Source: Catajapyx aquilonaris (Eukaryota). From it: 64,000 nt of DNA. Position 1 is the stretch's first letter. Each line of letters opens with the position of its first letter. The stretch lies in assembly GCA_000934665.2 (NCBI GenBank), contig KZ538023.1, positions 1-64,000 of the forward strand, read 5' to 3'. The notes below the pieces were generated by a model. The model was not told the DNA's origin and did not search any database. It worked only from the letters and a program-made list of their open reading frames with translations. Both the position numbers and the translations under genes were made by a program. Below are positions 27,511-37,800 of the stretch, one piece after another.

Positions 27511-27920
27511 ATCAGCAAAAATCTGCCCGGGCCAAAACCACCAAACGGGGACAAAAGAGGGCGGATAATAATGAGAAAAGCGCGGTCACCGCTCAAAAAA
27601 TAACTCCGGGGGCAGTTCGCCTCTGGGCCGATTCACTTCATGCACCTGGTAAGGGAAGGTCCGGTCCCTGGTCACTCCAAAAAAAAAATACCAGCAAGAT
27701 CTGCCCCGGGGCCAAACCATAAGACGTGGACAATGAGAGGCCGGAATATAGTAATGAAAAACTCGCACTCACAAAATCACTCCGGGGGCAGTCCGCCACG
27801 GGGCCAATTAAGTTTTGGAACCTGGTGAGGGCAGGCCAGGAACCTCCTCACTCCACAAAAAATATGTCAACAAGATCTGCCCCGGGGCCAGACCCCCAGA
27901 CGCGAGCAAACAGAGGCCAT
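27511..27920. repeat. Diverged tandem repeat, ~176-178 bp period, ~2.3 copies, upstream of Nup37
   Basis: Anchor ATCTGCCC(C)GGG(G)CCA at 27521, 27699 and 27875; ACTCCGGGGGCAGT and ACCTGGT recur once in each full unit. Confidence 0.85.
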
Positions 27921-28108
27921 TAAACATGGGCAGGGATAGAAAGTACCGCCTTTGCACTTATAACGCCGCCATTTTGATGGCAGGCCAAATTTGTCCGCGA
28001 GAGGCGCGCAGCTGGAAATTGGTCAACCGGTCACCGGTGTGCCCACCGGTTTTCTGTCTCCACTTCTCCATCTCCAGTGTCTCGATGTTGCTGGACGCTC
28101 CGACAACG

Positions 28109-29445
28109 ATGGACACGTCTTCTCCGCCCCTGGAGTGCTTCCCGGTATCGGAGAGCGTGCACATGCTGAGCTTCTCGCCTTTCGAGTGGTCACAAGAGCT
28201 TCTGGCAGCCGGGAAGGGCATGCAAATCGCAGTGTATTCGTTCAAACTCAAGGTACTACACACGCCAATAACTTCCAGGCAACTCTCCTTGAAGCTACAG
28301 CAAAGAGGAAAAAAAGGAAATAAATAAATAAATAATTGTCATATGTTGCTACAACTCAAAACTGGTTGCTAGGGTGAACAACCGATTGCTAGGGTGAACA
28401 ATCCCTTGATAATGATGATTATTATTTTAAGGATGAGGAGAGCCTGAGGGGCGGGATACAGCTGGATTTGGTGAAGACGTTTAAGAGTCAGTCGAGGGTA
28501 CACGCTTTGGCTTGGAGTCCGGAGGCTTCGCTGAGCGTTGTGCCGAGGTGTTTGAAGCTGGGGTGTGCAGGGGCGGACCATGTTGTAGTGGTGGTCAACT
28601 GCGCGCTGGATGAGGATGCGTCGAAAGTTGTAAGAAGGTTTTTTTAAAATTGTGCTGAAACATTCGGTGTTTTATGTTGGTTTATTTTTAGCTGCTGAAA
28701 GGGCATACTGACTATGTGAATGCGATGGCCTTTGACCCTGATGAAGGTGACCACTTAGCGACTGTGAGTGATGATCATACGTGCCATATGTGGGACGTGA
28801 GGGATGGCAAACTGGAAGCGCAGATTCACCTTACCTCTCCAGGTCAGTCGCTGCATACCGAAATGCAATATTTATTGTGAAGCTTGTGTTCTGATAACAC
28901 TTTGATTCCAGGGATGTCTGTGTGCTGGCATCGTGAGGAGCCTGGGAAGCTGCTTGTGGCGGAGAAGTGCGGCGTTGTCCGACTCTTCAACTCCACAACA
29001 CACAGTCCGATAATGTCGCTGGACTGTGGAAAGGCTCCGTTGATGGCTGCCGACTGGAGTCCGCTCAATCCTCTTCTAGTTGCAGCTGTAGCTCAGGGAG
29101 GCTTATTCCTATGGGACTTATCACGACCCAGGTTCGGTTTAAGTACATGCCCTAACATGCAGAAACGCTTGAGCCGCCTTCATTCGCAGTGTTCCAGTAT
29201 CAACAAAGCATATAGACGAGGCTGGCCTTGGAGAAGTCCGATTTCACCCACGAAACGAGAGGATAGTGGCCGCATCCAGTGTGACCCGCAGGAGGATTAA
29301 TGTGGTCCATATGGACTCAGGGCGCCACCTTCTCACAGCCTTCTCCCCACCACTGGTCAGAGGAATCTCCTGGCATTTCCGACTCCCTTACTTCGCCGCA
29401 GCCAGCGACCGGAAAATCTGCTTCTGGAGAGTCTCACCTCATTAA
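28109..29445 (+). CDS. NUP37: Nucleoporin Nup37 (WD40), 5 exons, ~322 aa
   Basis: Exons 28109-28252, 28432-28629, 28692-28842, 28912-29131, 29190-29445. Motifs ALAWSPE, LKGHTDYVN..FDP, SDDHTCHMW, SPGMSVCWHREEPGKLLVAEKCG, PLMAADW and ISWH.RLPY...SDRKICFW match Nup37. In-frame upstream ATG at 28085. Confidence 0.93.
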
Positions 29446-29460
29446 CACTATTATGTTCAC

Positions 29461-29582
29461 GGCTGCGTTTACATGTGAGCGATTTGATCAGCGATGTGCA
29501 CTCGATTGTTAATTTAGCTCCATACGATATTGGTTTCATCGCTGCAGACCACTGATCAAATCGCTCACATGTAAATGCGGCC
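29461..29582. mobile_element. 122-bp MITE-like hairpin in the Nup37 3' UTR
   Basis: Arms GGCTGCGTTTACATGTGAGCGATTTGATCAGCG (29461-29493) and CACTGATCAAATCGCTCACATGTAAATGCGGCC (29550-29582) match at 30 of 33 positions; AATAAA follows at ~29593 and ~29612. Confidence 0.7.
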
Positions 29583-29992
29583 TAAATCTGGAAATAAATG
29601 CATGTGAGGCCAATAAACGCTTTTTTGCCAAAACATTGTTTGAATTGCATTGCACCTGATTGCACTCTATTTCAGATATGTACCGTATGAGTATGCAGTT
29701 GCTGGTGATATTTTAAACAGGTAGCGCACATAGCACTTGCCACTTAAGTTTACGTCAAAAAAGAAGAAAAAAAAATGCTATGAATTATTTAAATGGTTTG
29801 AGCCACGTTCGAATCTTCGCGCCGCCAATTTTTTCCATGGGCAGCGGCGTGCAAACGGAAATTTTTCGGCGTTCAAATGCCGGAATTTCGGCGTCTACGG
29901 CGTGTTTTTTTTTTCACCAGAGAAGGAACGTGTGTTCGATTTTGTTTCTTGACCTTTTTTTTTACTTGACCTTTTTGAGTGACCTCTGAAGG

Positions 29993-31265
29993 ATGCCTCG
30001 CAACGTGGAGATCAAGGCCAGGGTGGGTCAGTCCGAAGAGGAGTTTGAACAGGTGAAGGCCAAGGCAAAGTGGCTGTCCGACACTCCAGAGGTGCTCATC
30101 GGACAGAGGGACACCTTTTACAACATTCCAGTAGACAAGAAAGGAGGAAGGCTCAAGCTCAGGGAGTTGCAGGTCTCAAATTTATTTTATTAAATTATCA
30201 TAGGTACCGGCAAGTACCAGTAAGCCTAGGTTATGAAATGTAAAGGTTCGATTAAGTTCCGTACTAATCCGCAGTATTATTTATCCATACGTTGCGCTGT
30301 ACGCTGCTAATGAAAACTGTGCGTACTATTTTTTTACTTTCAGGGTGAGCCGTCCCAGCTGATATATTATGAGCGGCCCGATATGGAAGGTCCGAAGTTG
30401 TCCGACTTTAGTGTAGCGAGAGTGGGCGAAGTTGAGGAGATGAGGACCGTATTGAAGCAAGCGCTGGGTGAAAAGGGTTGCGTGAAGAAGCAGCGTTGGC
30501 TCTACATGGTGGGGCAGACCAGAGTTCATCTTGATAAGGTGGACGGATTGGGACACTTTCTTGAACTGGAGGTGAATTGATCGTATTTTGGAGGTTTATA
30601 AGCGGAATTTTTGTAATCATGTTGAATTATTTCATAATGTAATACATAGTACTTATTAATTATTAATTACAGTAGAACCCTAATTATCTGTCACTCACAG
30701 GACCGCATGGTCGGATACCAAAAAAGGTCGGATCATCCGATGAGCAAAGGAAACTTTATGGACACCTGAAGGAAATACCACAAGAATTCGATAAAACATA
30801 AAATAATGTACAATATTATGGTTTTCTAAGAAGTAGCGAAGTATTTATCTTTTTCATACACACTCTACTGTTTGTATTTACAATTTAACTAAGGCAATAC
30901 GAAACAAGTACAGTAGGTACATTATGGTATTTGATGAGAAAAATATAGATTCATTGCGGGAGCGGGACTGTCGGATAATTGGGGTTCTATTGTAATTAAT
31001 AGTAATTAATGGGGCGACATGGTGGTGTAGTGGTTATCGCCACAGCCTTCCATCTCTGAGGTCCCGAGTTTGATCCCCTGGTCGGACAGAGGATATTTAT
31101 GTGGATAGAGGTTTAACGGATTCTCTCCATGTTAGAGTGGGTGTTCTCGGGGTTCTCCCGTTTCCTCCCACAATCAAAATGCATCACAGGACAGACAAAC
31201 ATTAAAGACTGTCAATTAAAAGATGATCCCCTAAAAGGGCAGAGGGGATTCTGTCACAGGGTATC

Positions 31266-31332
<67 letters not shown>

Positions 31333-31632
31333 TAAGGTGGTCCATGTACTCCAGAGAAGCCACCTGTAAGTGCTTGATGGCTGTTACCTCTAGTTCGGAA
31401 TGCTATCACTTTTTGATTTTTGGATCACATAACTTTTTCAGTGATTTTGTAGACTTGAGAATCCCGCAGCATGGCTACTAATTTTTTGCACTTACAGGTT
31501 CAGCTGAAAGAAGACCAGTCTGTGGAGGAAGGCGAGATAATCGCAAACAACCTGATGGCCCAGCTTGGAATAACGAAGGAGAACTTGTTGTCAGGAGCGT
31601 ACGTGGATCTTATTCTGGGAAAGCAGCAGTGA
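29993..31632 (+). CDS. CYTH-domain protein (CyaB/class IV adenylyl cyclase-like, triphosphate tunnel metalloenzyme fold), 3 exons, ~180 aa
   Basis: Exons 29993-30172, 30344-30571, 31498-31632. Motifs RNVEIKAR, QRDTFYN, GRLKLRE, LIYYERPD..GPKLS, VKKQRWLYMVGQTRVHLDKVDGLGHFLELEV and GAYVDL. Confidence 0.88.
30670..30992. mobile_element. TA-flanked MITE (Tc1/mariner-pogo type termini) in intron 2 of the CYTH gene
   Basis: TA|CAGTAGAACCCTAATTATC ... GATAATTGGGGTTCTATTG|TA; a matching right end recurs at ~43755-43777. Confidence 0.75.
31011..31332 (+). mobile_element. tRNA-derived SINE with (ATT)n tail, copy 1
   Basis: A box TGGTGTAGTGG, B box GAGTTTGATCC, central TTCTCGGGGTTCTCCCGTTTCCTCCCAC block, ATT microsatellite tail; collinear with the copy at 49935. 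Confidence 0.85.
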
Positions 31633-31828
31633 AGTAGTGGTAGGCAGTATTTTGAAAAACACTCATATATTCATATTCCATATCTGGTTAACAATGACAT
31701 AACAAGCCGTGGCAGTTGGGTTAAGTGCAACGTACAAAGCACATTGTGATTTGGTATTTTTTTTAATGGACATTTTTAAACATTTGTGTTGAAGGGTGAC
31801 ACACGTTTAGAGTTGTTTTTTTGTTCAT

Positions 31829-34800
31829 TTATGGTTGGAGAGTAAACTTTCCACCCATCCTCTTGAGGGCCAGAATGGTGTTGACCGCCTTTTTCCACCG
31901 GCGCTTGATCACGTAGCGTTTGAGCTTCTTGGTGTTGAGGCGCTGGGTGCTTATAGTCTCGTCCTTCAACCAGGTATGCTTCATGCACTCGGTGGCTGAA
32001 GGGCGAAGCCTGTTTTTGGGGCGGAAGAATAGGGTCACAAGAGGTGCAGGATGTTATCTCAATGTGGACAATCCAGTCTGCAGGAAGTGACAATGTAAAA
32101 TTGGAAGTTGATGTTTATTGAATGTTTTAAAACCACTATCGAATGGATAAGGCTCGGAGTCACCAGCTGTGTTCACCAATTTATAACCATGTCAGTATAT
32201 CGTACAAATAAGAGACCATTCAGTATTTTTCAAGTCTGTTAGAGGAAAAGCACTAGTTTGATAGATTTTAAACCAACAGTTACGACAAGGTTATAACGTG
32301 TCAAAGTTATCATTAATATTTAGCCATATAAGTCAGTGCAGTACCAGTTCTGCAAGTAGAACTATTGTACACCAGAATGTTTGGGGAACTTGAATAGAGT
32401 CACATGGATTTTTACAAACCTTTTAAATATTTTTATTTCAAATACAGTATACAGTATGAGTGGTCCCATAAAAGACCTGCGCATGATATTTACATGTATT
32501 CTCCATTTACAATACACTGAGATCACTACATGAAAGTCAGTTCAGTAGCTCTATGCATGAAACCAGTGATCCTAATTTAATAAGCGTGAATTCTATAATG
32601 TATCCTGTGGCGACATAGTATTCAAGTTGTGCATAAACTGCGGTTTACCCTTCAGCATATATCATAACTCACGTGCAATTTTACGGGGTTGTTGAGAGCT
32701 GGCCGATGATAAAATTCCATTATTGGTTTATGAATCTGGATTGCTCTATATGCTGCTTTTATACTTATTCAGCTCTTCACTTGAAGTTTTGCATCACTTC
32801 CACTTTTGACCATTTGACATTGAGGGTTGAGAATTGGTCGACGAGGTCAGGGAATGTCGAGGTGGAAGAGGGTGGGGTGGAGGCAAGGAGCTGGAGGGCG
32901 GTGAAGAGGTGGGCAGAAGGACAGATTTGAGCTGTGCCAACAGCTGCAGAAGGGAGGAGGTTCCGCTTGTGGAGGTGCTGTCCGTAGTTGTGGTACAACT
33001 TTGGCTCTCCTCTGAAGCATAAATATGCTCTCTATTGATGTAAGTGTCAGTGCTGGCAGCGGAGGTGTGAGAGACATTGTTTGCCACACTGACAACATTC
33101 CCAAAATTGGCACTCTTGTCAACGCTTGGTCTCCTGACGGCACAGTCAGCGTCAGGACGGCTGTTGCTGTTGGCGTTCTTCCCGACAGCAATTAGTTGAG
33201 AATGGCTGCCATGACCTCCGATGAGTTCATCATGTTTGCCAACATTGAGAATACTCCCAAAATTGGCACTGCCATCAATCAGTGGTTGCCTAGAATCATT
33301 GACACTGGGGACAGTAACGTCATGGTTGACGTCACGGACCCAGGCTTGGTTGCTAGCACTCGTAGCATTGCTGAATTCCTTGGACATACTTTTGAAACAG
33401 ATACTCTCACATTTGGATTGACTAGAAGCGAAGCTTTCAGTAGCAGCAATGTTGCCATTAGCCGCAGGAACAAGTTCATTGAAGCTGCCAGCTCTGGTAC
33501 TCCCAGAACCATTAAGTGCTCTGGGACTATTTCCAATAGGAGTGTACTTCTCTAGCTGAGATGTGCTTGAATCATTTACACTGGCAATGTTACGCTTGAC
33601 AGAACCTGTTCCATTGAATACATTGGAATCACTTCCAAAGTGAGAACTTTTGGTAATTTTGGTTATGCTGAATTCATTGACACTAGAAGCAGCATTATTG
33701 TTGTTCATGGGCTTGAATGGGCTAAGTGCAGTGCTTTCAGAATTGCCAAATCTTCCCTTGTTTGACGCCTGCCTCTGCAGGAAGGAAGTCAGTGGGTTAG
33801 CATATTGATTGGTGTTATTCAGACTGTGAGATCTCTCTCGCCCAATATTTTCTGATTGCACTGGTTGGGGAAGTGATTGGCCCGTTGGGAACGGTGGCGG
33901 TACAAAGCATTTGACAAGCTTTGAATCGGCAGTGAGCTTCTTAGGCCCTGATCTGGGCACATTGCTTCCTGGTGCCGATTGTCTCCTGGCAGGATCGGGC
34001 ACTTCAGTGATCGAGTTGTCCCTGGATCGTGTGCCTCTCGTCGCATTATACGATGATAACGACAAGGATGATGCAGATGCTATTGAGCCGTGTGGTGATG
34101 GTGACATCCCACCTAGTGATGGGACGCTTCCAGACACATGTGGCCAATGGTTGCTCTCTCCGAGACAGAAATTGCTTACAGGGCTGCCAAATATATACGG
34201 TGAATTTGGATGCTGACTCCAACGCTCCACAAACATTCTGAGGTTATCCTTTGCCATGTCCAGCTCTTGCATTAGGCTCATGGGAGTGGGCGCAAATGTA
34301 GGGAAGGCTTGGGGCGGAGGTTGGGAAATCGCAGGTGGGAGTTGGGGAGAAGGACGTCTTCGCAGCCAAGGGTGGGCCAAGCACTGTGATGCTGACAATC
34401 GATGGCTGAAAAGAGGCAGAGAACCAAAGACCCGATCTGTCAATCGTCATGGTTGGAATAGGGCCAACAGGAAGGCGGTGCATTTCTTTGGAGTTGCTGA
34501 ACTGATTTTACAACTGGCTAACTGTTGGCATGTGTGACACACTGATTGAATATCAAGGAATTTATAGAGTGCAAGAAGATCAGAAAACTTCAGACAGCTT
34601 CAGACTGACAGGCAGCAATTGTTCTCCATGTTGCGCTTCATAAAGGTTTTAAGCTTTCTTTTTACTCATATTCGTTCATAATTGCATATTTTTCTCATTA
34701 TATAGCGGACATTGCCAATTTTCACTTGAAAACTTCCATATGTCTCATTCAGGCCAGTTGTAGAATCAACTCCAAGATGTGTGTAATGGGAGTGTCGCAA

Positions 34801-37800
34801 CTTGTGTTAGTGCAGAGTTTGTAAGAAAATGTCACTTGTTCAGTAAAATTGTTATATTTTTTTTGGATAGTGAAGAAAATGTGAGGTGAAAGATATGGTG
34901 GATGGTAGACTCATCAATAAGTAGTCTTTTATCAGCCAAAACTGCCTTGTTAAAAGCTTCACAGTGGTAAAAGGTGAGACTGTATTGTTATGCACAATTG
35001 AGCAGTTGCTTTGGTGGTTATTTCAAGCTCAAATGCTTTCAGTCCAATACCGTACCATTCAAGACTCAATCATTATTTTTGACATCAGCCTTCAAAAGAT
35101 CTCCTCTGTCATGTTAATATAACGTCGGTTAAGTTGTTGCAGCTGTACTTTAAAAACCTTGCATGTAAAAATATTTTGCGACAGGAATTTGCATTGTGTT
35201 TTGAGCTACTTTGAAAATCCTGTCTTATTGCTAACAGTCAAGTTGCGACCTTCGCATCTGTTTTGCATTCCGAGCTGCCTAGAAATCACTACTGAAATAA
35301 TAACAATGCTACTAATTTCAACACCATTTTTTTCCAGGTTTTACAATAAGGTTAGGAGGAACTTATTTCATTTTGCAAAGTTTTAAAAGCACCACTTTGA
35401 TACAAACCATTGCATAATAATTGCATAATTTTGGCTGATAACAGATTGAGATTCTTACTCCACCACGTCTTTGGCGATCTGCTGTATTTTGACAAGTTAA
35501 TTTGCATGTTGGTAGCCAACCTTCAACTCTTAATGTGCATGCTGTGACTTCAGCAACAATACTGCTAAATACTTTTTTTTTTGATTGAAATACATGCAGG
35601 AAGTTAGTTTCTACGAAATAAGAAGTGTTAAAAGATGATATGAGACCAGCCTGATTCAAGTTGCAAAAAATTATGTCCCGTCTTGTGTTGTTTCTTTATA
35701 TAAAACATATATTTGGTGAGTCATGTTGCAACAACGGTTTGATTCTTGGACAGACCTGGGCAGGGAAATGTTGAGGAGATGACAAACAGGGCCTTCCCTC
35801 ATGCCTTTCCGTAAGCACGGTTCATTGACTTTGTCGCGATTCAACGCTTCCTTTCGCAAGGGAAGAAACGTGCACAGTATTAACTTTCACTTCTTTTTTT
35901 TCTTTCTATGTCATTGTCCTATGAATCTTTAAACACGGCATGACACACGGTCTTTCTAATAAGGGGGGAGGGTATATCTATGCAAAATTGGTACTGACTG
36001 TGTATGGTTGTACAACAGCTGGCAAGAGTTGAAGTGAAAAATTGCTGTGTAAGTAGGAAAATATGCTGTTAGATAGATAGAACTAAAGGATGTAAAATTT
36101 ATGGCCTGAAAGGCATACTTACCTTCAGCGGCTAGATTACAAATAATTGTCATATTAGGCATTTTAAGGTTTTATTTGTCATTACCTTATTTTTGAACCT
36201 CTCCTACTGCTAATTTAATGTTGCATTTTAGTATTGCTTCAATATTCGCAATTATTTGGATAGGCTTTGTAACCCAATGACGTTCACCTGCGTGACACAA
36301 TATTTTCTCTGGATCAGAGAAGAAATGTATTTTCCCTCATTTATGGTCTGTTTTTACTCGGATATATTTGGAATGCAGTGTAGATTTCAAATACAATACG
36401 GTCATTAAATAAATTTTGGGCATGAGAATGTTGAATAAAGAGCTCTATGTTTATGATGTGTATACAAAGCTTCAAGAGTAACAGAAATCAAGCAGACTTA
36501 CTTTATGTTCTTGACTAGCAGTTTGGAAATGAAGTCCTTGGCGTCATCTGATATGTCGTCAAAAGCCTCGTCATCGTAGTCGTACTTTGCCATGGTGACA
36601 TTTCCCATAGTTTCCATGTCATTGTCACCCATGAATGGTGACAGTCCAGACAAGCTGTAACATTATCATCATTAAGAATTTTAGCATATAATTTTTCAAC
36701 AGTTATTCTGTGCTGCAGATAACTTTTTGTACTTTTCATTTTGCGTGATAGAATTGCATTGGAAGGTCTTAACTGGGACATAAAATTGCTAATTTTCATT
36801 ACATCCTGGGTCAGTTAGAGACAGGTTTCACTGCATCATAAGCAAGTGCTGTGGAATATTTAGGTAACTTTTGGGAGAGCTCAGAGACTGATAACCATTC
36901 TTCCCCTGTGCAATATAAATATTTAGAATTTCCTCCATAAATCTGCCCATACAGTGGAAGTGGGTATACTCTTCTATCAGAATCTAGAAGGTTGTGAAAA
37001 GCTATCATGTAACTAAAACCTGATAATGTATTTTCTTGCGCGAAATCTCTGACGATATTATGCACAGTTCCGATGCAGCAAAATGACAAATCACACTGTT
37101 TTATGAAGAACTTGGGAAGTACTTACAGCACGTAGCAGATTACTCCTACTGACCACATGTCTGTTCCATAACTAATGGCATCAAAATTGACCACTTCAGG
37201 TGCCACAAATTCAGGTGTGCCAAAGAGGACTTGAAGCTTCTTTTTTGGGTCATACATCCGGGCCAGACCAAAGTCAATAAGCTTGATCCGGTTGCCAGTT
37301 CGGGTCAGGCAAAGGATGTTCTCTGGCTGCAAATAATTTCATGGTCACAAACAGGCAAAAATTATGAGCTCTTATGAAACACGGGCAAGTGAGATGTTTG
37401 AAGGATTTTTTGCAACGTAATGAAAGGAACAATGTTTAGTGCAGTTAGCATGAAACTTAGTGTAAACTGGTGATTACAGTAAATTGGCTGCTGTCTGTGT
37501 CACAGAGTTTGGCAGCGTTACAACATAGTGAAGCATACTGTCAAGTTACTGGTATAACTCCAATAAGCGATCTGGTCATAACTAACTTGCAAGGTCTTGG
37601 TTGGCATTGCAATATTGCAGAAATAGAGACCAACCTTCATGTCGAGATGTAGGACATCTTTGGAATGTATAAACTCAACTCCCTCGCAGATTTGCCTCAT
37701 AAACACGACGCATGCCTTCTCGGTCAAGACAAAGTCATCGTCAATGACCCTCTCGAACAGCTCGCCTCCTTCAATCCTGAAATATGATGCCATATGATTA

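Noticed and set aside
31011..31085. Functional tRNA gene (also 49935-50005)
   Set aside because: Continues into a shared SINE body and ATT tail, one copy has a TSD, and the cloverleaf is imperfect.
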